A stretch of 64,000 nt of DNA from Eledone cirrhosa (Eukaryota): contig OZ024744.1 in assembly GCA_964016885.1 (NCBI GenBank), positions 1,488,001 to 1,552,000 on the forward strand, written 5' to 3'. Below are positions 40,501 through 54,600 of the stretch, piece after piece. The notes below the pieces were generated by a model. It was not told the origin of the DNA and did not search any database. It worked only from the letters and a program-made list of their open reading frames with translations. The number at the start of each line of letters is the position of its first letter. Within the stretch, counting starts at the first letter, position 1. Both the position numbers and the translations under genes were made by a program.

Positions 40501-43500
40501 TTCTCTACCTTGTCTTCCCTCAAAACATCGTTCTTCACCAAGCTATCTTTCTCTACCTTGTCTTCCCTCAAAACTTCGTTCTTCACCAAGCTATCTTTCT
40601 CTACCTTGTCTTCCCCCAAAACTTCGTTCTTCACCAAGCTATCTTTCTCTACCTTGTCTTCTCCCAAAACTTCGTTATTCACCAAGCTATCTTTCTCTAC
40701 CTTGTCTTCCCTCAAAACTTCGTTCTTCACCAAGCTATCTTTCTCTACCTTGTCTTCCCCCAAAACTTCGTTCTTCACCAAGTCATCTTTCTCTACCTTG
40801 TCATCCCTCAAAACTTTGTTCTTCACCAATCTATCTTTCTCTACCTTGTCTTCCCCCAAAACTTCGTTCTTCACCAAGCTATCTTTCTCTAGCTTGTCTT
40901 CACACAAAACTTCGTTCTTCACCAAGCTATCTTTCTCTACCTTGTCTTCCCACAAAACGTCATTCTTCACCAAGCTATCTTTCTCTACCTTGTCTTTCGT
41001 CAAAACTTCGTTCTTCACCAAGATATCTTTCTCTACCTTGTCTCCTCCCAAAACTTCGTTCTTCACCAAGCTATCTTTCTCTACCTTGTCTTCCCTCAGA
41101 ACTTCGTTCTTCACCAAGCTATCTTTCTCTACCTTGTCTTCCCCCAAAACTTCGTTCTTCACCAAGCTATCTTTCTCTACATTGTCTTCCCCAAAACTTC
41201 GTTCTTCACCAAGCTATCTTTCACGACCTTGTCTTCCCTCAAAACGTCGTTCTTCACCAAGCTATCTTGCTCTACCTTGTCTTCCCCCAAACTTCGTTCT
41301 TCACCAAGCTATCTTTCTCTACATTGTCTTCCCCAAAACTTCGTTCTTCACCAAGCTATCTTTCTCTACCTTGTCTCCCCTCAAAAAGTCGTTCTTCACC
41401 AAGCTCTCTTTCTCTACCTTGTCTTCTCCCAAAACTTCGTTATTCACCAAGCTATCTTTCTCTACCTTGTCTTCCCTCAAACCTTCGTTCTTCACCAAGC
41501 TATCTTTCTCTACCTTGTCTTCCCCCAAAACTTCGTTCTTCACCAAGCTATCTTTCTCTACATTGTCTTCCCCAAAACTTCGTTCTTCACCAAGCTATCT
41601 TTCTCTACCTTGTCTTCCCCCAAAACTTCGTTGTTCACCAAGCTATCTTTCTCTACCTCGTCTTCCCCCAAAACTTCGTTCTTCACCAAGCTATCTTTCT
41701 CTACCTTGTCTTCCCCCAAAACTTCTTTCTTCACCAAGCTATCTTTCTCTACCTTGTCTTCCCACAAAACTTCGTTCTTCACCAAGCTATCTTTCTCTAC
41801 CTTGTCTTCCCACAAAACGTCGTTCTTCACCAAGCTATCTTTCTCTACTTTGTCTTCCCTCAAAACTTCGTTCTTCACCAAGCTATCTTTCTCTACCTTG
41901 TCTTCCCCCAAAACTTCGTTCTTCACCAAGCTATCTTTCTCTACCTTGTCTTCCCTCAAAACTTCGTTCTTCACCAAGCTATCTTTTTCGACCTTGTCTT
42001 CCCCCAAAACTTCGTTCTTCACCAAGCTATCTTTCTCTACCTTGTCTTCCCTCAAAACGTCGTTCTTCACCAAGCTATCTTTCTCTACCTTGTCCTCCCA
42101 CAAAACTTCGTTCTTCACCAAGCTATCTTTCTCTACCTTGTCTTCCCCCAAAATTTCGTTCTTCGCAAGCTATCTTTCTCTACCTTGTCTTCCGTCAAAA
42201 CTTCGTTCTTCACCAAGATATCTTTCTCTACCTTGTCTTCCCACAAAACGTCGTTCTTCACCAAGCTATCTTTCTCTACCTTGTCTTCCCTCAGAACTTC
42301 GTTCTTCACCAAGCTATCTTTCTCTACCTTGTCTTCCCCCAAAACTTCGTTCTTCACCAAGCTATCTTTCTCTACATTGTCTTCCCCAAAACTTCGTTCT
42401 TCACCAAGCTATCTTTCACGACCTTGTCTTCCCTCAAAACGTCGTTCTTCACCAAGCTATCTTGCTCTACCTTGTCTTCCCCCAAACTTCGTTCTTCACC
42501 AAGCTATCTTTCTCTACATTGTCTTCCCCAAAACTTCGTTCTTCACCAAGCTATCTTTCTCTACCTTGTCTCCCCTCAAAAAGTCGTTCTTCACCAAGCT
42601 CTCTTTCTCTACCTTGTCTTCTCCCAAAACTTCGTTATTCACCAAGCTATCTTTCTCTACCTTGTCTTCCCTCAAACCTTCGTTCTTCACCAAGCTATCT
42701 TTCTCTACCTTGTCTTCCCCCAAAACTTCGTTCTTCACCAAGCTATCTTTCTCTACATTGTCTTCCCCAAAACTTCGTTCTTCACCAAGCTATCTTTCTC
42801 TACCTTGTCTTCCCCCAAAACTTCGTTGTTCACCAAGCTATCTTTCTCTACCTCGTCTTCCCCCAAAACTTCGTTCTTCACCAAGCTATCTTTCTCTACC
42901 TTGTCTTCCCCCAAAACTTCTTTCTTCACCAAGCTATCTTTCTCTACCTTGTCTTCCCACAAAACTTCGTTCTTCACCAAGCTATCTTTCTCTACCTTGT
43001 CTTCCCACAAAACGTCGTTCTTCACCAAGCTATCTTTCTCTACTTTGTCTTCCCTCAAAACTTCGTTCTTCACCAAGCTATCTTTCTCTACCTTGTCTTC
43101 CCCCAAAACTTCGTTCTTCACCAAGCTATCTTTCTCTACCTTGTCTTCCCTCAAAACTTCGTTCTTCACCAAGCTATCTTTTTCGACCTTGTCTTCCCCC
43201 AAAACTTCGTTCTTCACCAAGCTATCTTTCTCTACCTTGTCTTCCCTCAAAACGTCGTTCTTCACCAAGCTATCTTTCTCTACCTTGTCCTCCCACAAAA
43301 CTTCGTTCTTCACCAAGCTATCTTTCTCTACCTTGTCTTCCCCCAAAATTTCGTTCTTCGCAAGCTATCTTTCTCTACCTTGTCTTCCGTCAAAACTTCG
43401 TTCTTCACCAAGATATCTTTCTCTACCTTGTCTTCCCACAAAACGTCGTTCTTCACCAAGCTATCTTTCTCTACCTTGTCTTCCCTCAGAACTTCGTTCT

Positions 43501-46500
43501 TCACCAAGCTATCTTTCTCTACCTTGTCTTCCCCCAAAACTTCGTTCTTCACCAAGCTATCTTTCTCTACATTGTCTTCCCCAAAACTTCGTTCTTCACC
43601 AAGCTATCTTTCTCTACCTTGTCTTCCCTCAAAACGTCGTTCTTCACCAAGCTATCTTTCTCTACCTTGTCTTCCCCCAAAACTTCGTTCTTCACCAAGC
43701 TATCTTTATCTACATTGTCTTCCCCCAAAACTTCGTTCTTCACCAAGTCATCTTTCTCTACCTTGTCATCCCACAAAACGTCGTTCTTCACCAAGCTATC
43801 TTTCTCTACCTTGTCTTCCCTCAAAATTTCGTTCTTCACCAAGCTATCTTTCTCGACCTTGTCTTCTCCCAAAACTTCGTTATTCACCAAGCGATCTTTC
43901 TCTACCTTGTCTTCCCCCAAAACTTCGTTATTCACCAAGCTATCTTTCTCTACCTTGTCTTCCCCCAAAACTTCGTTCTTCACCAAGCTATCTTTCTCTA
44001 CCTTGTCATCCCCCAAAACTTCGTTCTTCACCAAGCTATCTTTCTCTAGCTTGTCTTCACACAAAACTTCGTTCTTCACCAAGCTATCTTTCTCTACCTT
44101 GTCTTCCCACAAAACGTCATTCTTCACCAAGCTATCTTTCTCTACCTTGTCTTCCGTCGAAACTTCGTTCTTCACCAAGATATCTTTCTCTACCTTGTTT
44201 TCTCCCAAAACTTCGTTCTTCACCAAGCTATCTTTCTCTACCTTGTCTTCCCTCAGAACTTCGTTCTTCACCAAGCTATCTTTCTCTACCTTGTCTTCCC
44301 TCAAAACGTCGTTCTTCACCAAGCTATCTTTCTCTACCTTGTCTTCCCTCAAAACATCGTTCTTCACCAAGCTATCTTTCTCTACCTTGTCTTCTCCCAA
44401 AACTTCGTTATTCACCAAGCTATCTTTCTCTACCTTGTCTTCCCTCAAAACTTCGTTCTTCACCAAGTCATCTTTCTCTACCTTGTCATCCCTCAAAACT
44501 TCGTTCTTCACCAAGCTATCTTTCTCTGCCTTGTCTTCCCCCAAAACTTCGTTCTTCACCAAGCTATCTTTCTCTACCTTGTCTTCACACAAAACTTCGT
44601 TCTTCACCAAGCTATCTTTCTCTACCTTGTCTTCCCACAAAACGTCATTCTTCACCAAGCTATCTTTCTCTACCTTGTCTTCCGTCAAAACTTCGTTCTT
44701 CACCAAGTTATCTTTCTCTACCTTGTCTTCTCCCAAAACTTCGTTCTTCACCAAGCTATCTTTCTCTACCTTGTCTTCCCTCAGAAATTCGTTCTTCACC
44801 AAGCTATCTTTCTCTACCTTGTCTTCCCCCAAAACGTCGTTCTTCACCAAGCTATCTTTCTCTACATTGTCTTCCCCAAAACTTCGTTCTTCACCAAGCT
44901 ATCTTTCTCTACCTTGTCTTTCATCAAAACGTCGTTCTTCACCAAGCTCTCTTTCTCTACCTTGTCTTCCCCCAAAACTTCGTTCTTCACCAAGCTATCT
45001 TTCTCTACCTTGAATTCCCCCAAAACTTCGTTCTTCACCAAGCTATCTTTCTCTACCTTGTCTTCCCACAAAACGTCGTTCTTCACCAAGCTATCTTTCT
45101 CTACCTTGTCTTCCCTCAAAACGTCGTTCTTCACCAAGCTATCTTTCTCTACCTTGTCTTCCCTCAAAACATCGTTCTTCACCAAGCTATCTTTCTCTAC
45201 CTTGTCTTCCCCCAAAACTTCGTTCTTCACCAAGCTATCTTTCTCTACCTTGTCTTCTCCCAAAACTTCGTTATTCACCAAGCTATCTTTCTCTACCTTG
45301 TCTTCCCTCAAAACTTCGTTCTTCACCAAGCTATCTTTCTCTACCTTGTCTTCCCCCAAAACTTCGTTCTTCACCAAGTCATCTTTCTCTACCTTGTCAT
45401 CCCTCAAAACTTTGTTCTCCACCAATCTATCTTTCTCTACCTTGTCTTCCCCCAAAACTTCGTTCTTCACCAAGCTATCTTTCTCTAGCTTGTCTTCACA
45501 CAAAACTTCGTTCTTCACCAAGCTATCTTTCTCTACCTTGTCTTCCCACAAAACGTCATTCTTCACCAAGCTATCTTTCTCTACCTTGTCTTTCGTCAAA
45601 ACTTCGTTCTTCACCAAGATATCTTTCTCTACCTTGTCTCCTCCCAAAACTTCGTTCTTCACCAAGCTATCTTTCTCTACCTTGTCTTCCCTCAGAACTT
45701 CGTTCTTCACCAAGCTATCTTTCTCTACCTTGTCTTCCCCCAAAACTTCGTTCTTCACCAAGCTATCTTTCTCTACATTGTCTTCCCCAAAACTTCGTTC
45801 TTCACCAAGCTATCTTTCACGACCTTGTCTTCCCTCAAAACGTCGTTCTTCACCAAGCTATCTTGCTCTACCTTGTCTTCCCCCAAACTTCGTTCTTCAC
45901 CAAGCTATCTTTCTCTACATTGTCTTCCCCAAAACTTCGTTCTTCACCAAGCTATCTTTCTCTACCTTGTCTCCCCTCAAAAAGTCGTTCTTCACCAAGC
46001 TCTCTTTCTCTACCTTGTCTTCTCCCAAAACTTCGTTATTCACCAAGCTATCTTTCTCTACCTTGTCTTCCCTCAAACCTTCGTTCTTCACCAAGCTATC
46101 TTTCTCTACCTTGTCTTCCCCCAAAACTTCGTTCTTCACCAAGCTATCTTTCTCTACATTGTCTTCCCCAAAACTTCGTTCTTCACCAAGCTATCTTTCT
46201 CTACCTTGTCTTCCCCCAAAACTTCGTTGTTCACCAAGCTATCTTTCTCTACCTCGTCTTCCCCCAAAACTTCGTTCTTCACCAAGCTATCTTTCTCTAC
46301 CTTGTCTTCCCCCAAAACTTCTTTCTTCACCAAGCTATCTTTCTCTACCTTGTCTTCCCACAAAACTTCGTTCTTCACCAAGCTATCTTTCTCTACCTTG
46401 TCTTCCCACAAAACGTCGTTCTTCACCAAGCTATCTTTCTCTACTTTGTCTTCCCTCAAAACTTCGTTCTTCACCAAGCTATCTTTCTCTACCTTGTCTT

Positions 46501-49500
46501 CCCCCAAAACTTCGTTCTTCACCAAGCTATCTTTCTCTACCTTGTCTTCCCTCAAAACTTCGTTCTTCACCAAGCTATCTTTTTCGACCTTGTCTTCCCC
46601 CAAAACTTCGTTCTTCACCAAGCTATCTTTCTCTACCTTGTCTTCCCTCAAAACGTCGTTCTTCACCAAGCTATCTTTCTCTACCTTGTCCTCCCACAAA
46701 ACTTCGTTCTTCACCAAGCTATCTTTCTCTACCTTGTCTTCCCCCAAAATTTCGTTCTTCGCAAGCTATCTTTCTCTACCTTGTCTTCCGTCAAAACTTC
46801 GTTCTTCACCAAGATATCTTTCTCTACCTTGTCTTCCCACAAAACGTCGTTCTTCACCAAGCTATCTTTCTCTACCTTGTCTTCCCTCAGAACTTCGTTC
46901 TTCACCAAGCTATCTTTCTCTACCTTGTCTTCCCCCAAAACTTCGTTCTTCACCAAGCTATCTTTCTCTACATTGTCTTCCCCAAAACTTCGTTCTTCAC
47001 CAAGCTATCTTTCACGACCTTGTCTTCCCTCAAAACGTCGTTCTTCACCAAGCTATCTTGCTCTACCTTGTCTTCCCCCAAACTTCGTTCTTCACCAAGC
47101 TATCTTTCTCTACATTGTCTTCCCCAAAACTTCGTTCTTCACCAAGCTATCTTTCTCTACCTTGTCTCCCCTCAAAAAGTCGTTCTTCACCAAGCTCTCT
47201 TTCTCTACCTTGTCTTCTCCCAAAACTTCGTTATTCACCAAGCTATCTTTCTCTACCTTGTCTTCCCTCAAACCTTCGTTCTTCACCAAGCTATCTTTCT
47301 CTACCTTGTCTTCCCCCAAAACTTCGTTCTTCACCAAGCTATCTTTCTCTACATTGTCTTCCCCAAAACTTCGTTCTTCACCAAGCTATCTTTCTCTACC
47401 TTGTCTTCCCCCAAAACTTCGTTGTTCACCAAGCTATCTTTCTCTACCTCGTCTTCCCCCAAAACTTCGTTCTTCACCAAGCTATCTTTCTCTACCTTGT
47501 CTTCCCCCAAAACTTCTTTCTTCACCAAGCTATCTTTCTCTACCTTGTCTTCCCACAAAACTTCGTTCTTCACCAAGCTATCTTTCTCTACCTTGTCTTC
47601 CCACAAAACGTCGTTCTTCACCAAGCTATCTTTCTCTACTTTGTCTTCCCTCAAAACTTCGTTCTTCACCAAGCTATCTTTCTCTACCTTGTCTTCCCCC
47701 AAAACTTCGTTCTTCACCAAGCTATCTTTCTCTACCTTGTCTTCCCTCAAAACTTCGTTCTTCACCAAGCTATCTTTTTCGACCTTGTCTTCCCCCAAAA
47801 CTTCGTTCTTCACCAAGCTATCTTTCTCTACCTTGTCTTCCCTCAAAACGTCGTTCTTCACCAAGCTATCTTTCTCTACCTTGTCCTCCCACAAAACTTC
47901 GTTCTTCACCAAGCTATCTTTCTCTACCTTGTCTTCCCCCAAAATTTCGTTCTTCGCAAGCTATCTTTCTCTACCTTGTCTTCCGTCAAAACTTCGTTCT
48001 TCACCAAGATATCTTTCTCTACCTTGTCTTCCCACAAAACGTCGTTCTTCACCAAGCTATCTTTCTCTACCTTGTCTTCCCTCAGAACTTCGTTCTTCAC
48101 CAAGCTATCTTTCTCTACCTTGTCTTCCCCCAAAACTTCGTTCTTCACCAAGCTATCTTTCTCTACATTGTCTTCCCCAAAACTTCGTTCTTCACCAAGC
48201 TATCTTTCTCTACCTTGTCTTCCCTCAAAACGTCGTTCTTCACCAAGCTATCTTTCTCTACCTTGTCTTCCCCCAAAACTTCGTTCTTCACCAAGCTATC
48301 TTTATCTACATTGTCTTCCCCCAAAACTTCGTTCTTCACCAAGTCATCTTTCTCTACCTTGTCATCCCACAAAACGTCGTTCTTCACCAAGCTATCTTTC
48401 TCTACCTTGTCTTCCCCCAAAATTTCGTTCTTCAACAAGCTATCTTTCTCGACCTTGTCTTCTCCCAAAACTTCGTTATTCACCAAGCGATCTTTCTCTA
48501 CCTTGTCTTCCCCCAAAACTTCGTTATTCACCAAGCTATCTTTCTCTACCTTGTCTTCCCTCAAAACTTCGTTCTTCACCAAGCTATCTTTCTCTACCTT
48601 GTCTTCCCCCAAAACTTCGTTCTTCACCAAGCTATCTTTCTCTACCTTGTCTTCTCCCAAAACTTCGTTATTCACCAAGCTATCTTTCTCTACCTTGTCT
48701 TCCCTCAAAACTTCGTTCTTCACCAAGCTATCTTTCTCTAGCTTGTCTTCACACAAAACTTCGTTCTTCACCAAGCTATCTTTCTCTACCTTGTCTTCCC
48801 ACAAAACGTCATTCTTCACCAAGCTATCTTTCTCTATCTTGTCTTCCGTCAAAACTTCGTTCTTCACCAAGATATCTTTCTCTACCTTGTCTCCTCCCAA
48901 AACTTCGTTCTTCACCAAGCTATCTTTCTGTACCTTGTCTTCCCTCAGAACTTCGTTCTTCACCAAGCTATCTTTCTCTACCTTGTCTTCCCCCAAAACT
49001 TTGTTCTTCACCAAGCTATCTTTCTCTACCTTGTCTTCCCCCAAAACTTTGTTCTTCACCAAGCTATCTTTCTCTACCTTGTCTTCCCCGAAAACTTCGT
49101 TCTTCACCAAGCTATCTTTCTCTACCTTGTCTTCCCCTAAAACTTCGTTCTTCACCAAGCTATCTTTCTCTAGCTTGTCTTCACACAAAACTTCGTTCTT
49201 CACCAAGCTATCTTTCTCTACCTTGTCTTCCCACAAAACGTCATTCTTCACCAAGCTATCTTTCTCTACCTTGTCTTCCGTCAAAACTTCGTTCTTCACC
49301 AAGCTATCTTTCTCTAACTTGTCTTCCCTCAAAACGTCGTTCTTCACCAAGCTATCTTTCTCTACCTTGTCTTCCCCCAAAACTTCGTTCTTCACCAAGC
49401 TATCTTTCTCTACCTTGTCTTCCCCCAAAACTTCGTTCTTCGCAAGCTATCTTTCTCTACCTTGTCTTCCCCCAAAACTTCGTTCTTCACCAAGCTATCT

Positions 49501-51610
49501 TTCTCTACCTTGTCTTCTCACAAAACGTCGTTCTTCACCAAGCTATCTTTCTCTACCTTGTCTTCCCTCAAAACGTCGTTCTTCACCAAGCTATCTTTCT
49601 CTACCTTGTCTTCCCTCAAAACATCGTTCTTCACCAAGCTATCTTTCTCTACCTTGTCTTCTCCCAAAACTTCGTTATTCACCAAGCTATCTTTCTCTAC
49701 CTTGTCTTCCCTCAAAACTTCGTTCTTCACCAAGCTATCTTTCTCTACATTGTCTTCCCCCAAAACTTCGTTCTTCACCAAGCTATCTTTCTCTACCTTG
49801 TCATCCCCCAAAACTTCGTTCTTCACCAAGCTATCTTTCTCTAGCTTGTCTTCACACAAAACTTCGTTCTTCACCAAGCTATCTTTCTCTACCTTGTCTT
49901 CCCACAAAACGTCATTCTTCACCAAGCTATCTTTCTCTACCTTGTCTTCCGTCGAAACTTCGTTCTTCACCAAGATATCTTTCTCTACCTTGTTTTCTCC
50001 CAAAACTTCGTTCTTCACCAAGCTATCTTTCTCTACCTTGTCTTCCCTCAGAACTTCGTTCTTCACCAAGCTATCTTTCTCTACCTTGTCTTCCCTCAAA
50101 ACGTCGTTCTTCACCAAGCTATCTTTCTCTACCTTGTCTTCCCTCAAAACATCGTTCTTCACCAAGCTATCTTTCTCTACCTTGTCTTCTCCCAAAACTT
50201 CGTTATTCACCAAGCTATCTTTCTCTACCTTGTCTTCCCTCAAAACTTCGTTCTTCACCAAGCTATCTTTCTCTACCTTGTCTTCCCCCAAAACTTCGTT
50301 CTTCACCAAGCTATCTTTCTCTACCTTGTCTTCCCCCAAAACTTCTTTCTTCACCAAGTCATCTTTCTCTACCTTGTCATCCCTCAAAACTTCGTTCTTC
50401 ACCAAGCTATCTTTCTCTGCCTTGTCTTCCCCCAAAACTTCGTTCTTCACCAAGCTATCTTTCTCTACCTTGTCTTCACACAAAACTTCGTTCTTCACCA
50501 AGCTATCTTTCTCTACCTTGTCTTCCCACAAAACGTCATTCTTCACCAAGCTATCTTTCTCTACCTTGTCTTCCGTCAAAACTTCGTTCTTCACCAAGAT
50601 ATCTTTCTCTACCTTGTCTTCTCCCAAAACTTCGTTCTTCACCAAGCTATCTTTCTCTACCTTGTCTTCCCTCAGAAATTCGTTCTTCACCAAGCTATCT
50701 TTCTCTACCTTGTCTTCCCCCAAAACGTCGTTCTTCACCAAGCTATCTTTCTCTACATTGTCTTCCCCAAAACTTCGTTCTTCACCAAGCTATCTTTCTC
50801 TACCTTGTCTTTCATCAAAACGTCGTTCTTCACCAAGCTCTCTTTCTCTACCTTGTCTTCCCCCAAAACTTCGTTCTTCACCAAGCTATCTTTCTCTACC
50901 TTGAATTCCCCCAAAACTTCGTTCTTCACCAAGCTATCTTTCTCTACCTTGTCTTCCCACAAAACGTCGTTCTTCACCAAGCTATCTTTCTCTACCTTGT
51001 CTTCCCTCAAAACGTCGTTCTTCACCAAGCTATCTTTCTCTACCTTGTCTTCCCTCAAAACATCGTTCTTCACCAAGCTATCTTTCTCTACCTTGTCTTC
51101 CCTCAAAACTTCGTTCTTCACCAAGCTATCTTTCTCTACCTTGTCTTCCCCCAAAACTTCGTTGTTCACCAAGCTATCTTTCTCTACCTTGTCTTCTCCC
51201 AAAACTTCGTTCTTCACCAAGTCATCTTTCTCTACCTTGTCATCCCTCAAAACTTTGTTCTTCACCAATCTATCTTTCTCTACCTTGTCTTCCCCCAAAA
51301 CTTCGTTCTTCACCAAGCTATCTTTCTCTAGCTTGTCTTCACACAAAACTTCGTTCTTCACCAAGCTATCTTTCTCTACCTTGTCTTCCCACAAAACGTC
51401 ATTCTTCACCAAGCTATCTTTCTCTACCTTGTCTTTCGTCAAAACTTCGTTCTTCACCAAGATATCTTTCTCTACCTTGTCTCCTCCCAAAACTTCGTTC
51501 TTCACCAAGCTATCTTTCTCTACCTTGTCTTCCCTCAGAACTTCGTTCTTCACCAAGCTATCTTTCTCTACCTTGTCTTCCCCCAAAACTTCGTTCTTCA
51601 CCAAGCTATC
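28561..51610. repeat. Array domain 3: 25-mer higher-order repeat (1195 bp = 25x48-5) embedded in 2-5.6 kb super-units
   Basis: 25-mer copies at 32972-34166, 38620-39814, 41299-42493 and 45895-47089. New markers TTTCACGACC, TCTTGCTCTAC, TTTCATCAAAA and TTGAATTCCC. Confidence 0.9.
29340..40635. repeat. Near-perfect tandem duplication of a 5648-bp (118-monomer) block
   Basis: ORF pairs 29785/35433, 30886/36534, 31939/37587, 32992/38640 and 34187/39835 are all offset 5648; rare variants ACAAACCTTC (31331/36979) and GAATTC (29935/35583) share the offset. Boundaries approximate to within 1-2 monomers. Confidence 0.9.
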
Positions 51611-54600
51611 TTTCTCTACATTGTCTTCCCCAAAACTTCGTTCTTCACCAAGCTATCTTTCACGACCTTGTCTTCCCTCAAAACGTCGTTCTTCACCAAG
51701 CTATCTTTCTCTACCTTGTCTTCCCCCAAACTTCGTTCTTCACCAAGCTATCTTTCTCTACCTTGTCTTCCCCCAAAACTTCGTTCTTCACCAAGCTATC
51801 TTTCTCTATCTCGTCTTCCCTCAAAACTTCGTTCTTCACCAAGCTATCTTTCTCTACCTTGTCTTCCCCCAAAACTTCGTTCTTCACCAAGCTATCTCTC
51901 TCTACATTGTCTTCCCCAAAACTTCGTTCTTCACCAAGCTATCTTTCACGACCTTGTCTTCCCTCAAAACGTCGTTCTTCACCAAGCTATCTTTCTCTAC
52001 CTTGTCTTCCCCCAAACTTCGTTCTTCACCAAGCTATCTTTCTCTACCTTGTCTTCCCCCAAAACTTCGTTCTTCACCAAGCTATCTTTCTCTACCTCGT
52101 CTTCCCCCAAAACTTCGTTCTTCACCAAGCTATCTTTCTCTACCTTGTCTTCCTCCAAAACTTCGTTCTTCACCAAGCTATCTTTCTCTACCTTGTCTTC
52201 CCCCAAAACTTCGTTCTTCACCAAGCTATCTTTCTCTACCTTGTCTTCCCTCAAAACGTCGTTCTTCACCAAGCTATCTTTCTCTACCTTGTCTTCCCCC
52301 AAAACTTCGTTCTTCACCAAGCTATCTTTCTCTACCTTGTCTTCCCCCAAAACTTCGTTCTTCACCAAGCTATCTTTCTCTACCTCGTCTTCCCTCAAAA
52401 TTTCGTTCTTCACCAAGCTATCTTTCTCTACCTTGTCTTCCCCCAAAACTTCGTTCTTCACCAAGTCATCTTTCTCTACCTTGTCTTCCCTCAAAACTTC
52501 GTTCTTCACCAAGCTATCTTTCTCTACCTTTCCTTCCCCTAAAACTTCGTTCTTCACCAAGCTATCTTTCTCTACCTTGTCTTCCCCCAAAACTTCGTTC
52601 TTCACCAAGCTATCTTTCTCTACATTGTCTTCCCCAAAACTTCGTTCTTCACCAAGCTATCTTTCACGTCCTTGTCTTCCCTCAAAACGTCGTTCTTCAC
52701 CAAGCTATCTTTCTCTACCTTGTCTTCCCCCAAACTTCGTTCTTCACCAAGCTATCTTTCTCTACCTTGTCTTCCCCCAAAACTTCGTTCTTCACCAAGC
52801 TATCTTTCTCTACCTCGTCTTCCCTCAAAACTTTGTTCTTCACCAAGCTATCTTTCTCTACCTTGTCTTCCCCCAAAACTTCGTTCTTCACCAAGCTATC
52901 TTTCTCTACCTTGTCTTCCCCCAAAACTTCGTTCTTCACCAAGCTATCTTTCTCTACCTTGTCTTCCCTCAAAACGTCGTTCTTCACCAAGCTATCTTTC
53001 TCTACCTTGTCTTCCCCCAAAACTTCGTTCTTCACCAAGCTATCTTTCTCTACCTTGTCTTCCCCCAAAACTTCGTTCTTCACCAAGCTATCTTTCTCTA
53101 CCTCGTCTTCCCTCAAAACTTCGTTCTTCACCAAGCTATCTTTCTCTACCTTGTCTTCCCCCAAAACTTCGTTCTTCACCAAGTCATCTTTCTCTACCTT
53201 GTCTTCCCTCAAAACTTCGTTCTTCACCAAGCTATCTTTCTCTACCTTGTCTTCCCCTAAAACTTCGTTCTTCACCAAGCTATCTTTCTCTACCTTATCT
53301 TCCCCCAAAACTTCGTTCTTCACCAAGCTATCTTTCTCTACCTTGTCTTCCCCCAAAACTTCGTTCTTCACCAAGCTATCTTTCTCTACCTTCTCTTCCC
53401 TCAAAACGTCGTTCTTCACCAAGCTATCTTTCTCTACCTTGTCTACCCCCAAAACTTCGTTCTTCACCAAGCTATCTTTCTCTACCTCGTCTTCCCTCAA
53501 AACTTCGTTCTTCACCAAGCTATCTTTCTCTACCTTGTCTTCCCACAAAACGTCATTCTTCACCAAGCTATCTTTCTCTAACTTGTCTTCCCTCAAAACG
53601 TCGTTCTTCACCAAGCTATCTTTCTCTACCTTGTCTTCCCTCAAAACTTCGTTCTTCACCAAGCTATCTTTCTCTACCTTGTCTTCCCCCAAAACTTCGT
53701 TGTTCACCAAGCTATCTTTCTCTACCTTGTCTTCTCCCAAAACTTCGTTCTTCACCAAGTCATCTTTCTCTACCTTGTCATCCCTCAAAACTTTGTTCTT
53801 CACCAATCTATCTTTCTCTACCTTGTCTTCCCCCAAAACTTCGTTCTTCACCAAGCTATCTTTCTCTAGCTTGTCTTCACACAAAACTTCGTTCTTCACC
53901 AAGCTATCTTTCTCTACCTTGTCTTCCCACAAAACGTCATTCTTCACCAAGCTATCTTTCTCTACCTTGTCTTTCGTCAAAACTTCGTTCTTCACCAAGA
54001 TATCTTTCTCTACCTTGTCTCCTCCCAAAACTTCGTTCTTCACCAAGCTATCTTTCTCTACCTTGTCTTCCCTCAGAACTTCGTTCTTCACCAAGCTATC
54101 TTTCTCTACCTTGTCTTCCCCCAAAACTTCGTTCTTCACCAAGCTATCTTTCTCTACATTGTCTTCCCCAAAACTTCGTTCTTCACCAAGCTATCTTTCA
54201 CGACCTTGTCTTCCCTCAAAACGTCGTTCTTCACCAAGCTATCTTTCTCTACCTTGTCTTCCCCCAAACTTCGTTCTTCACCAAGCTATCTTTCTCTACC
54301 TTGTCTTCCCCCAAAACTTCGTTCTTCACCAAGCTATCTTTCTCTACCTCGTCTTCCCCCAAAACTTCGTTCTTCACCAAGCTATCTTTCTCTACCTTGT
54401 CTTCCTCCAAAACTTCGTTCTTCACCAAGCTATCTTTCTCTACCTTGTCTTCCCCCAAAACTTCGTTCTTCACCAAGCTATCTTTCTCTACCTTGTCTTC
54501 CCTCAAAACGTCGTTCTTCACCAAGCTATCTTTCTCTACCTTGTCTTCCCCCAAAACTTCGTTCTTCACCAAGCTATCTTTCTCTACCTTGTCTTCCCAC

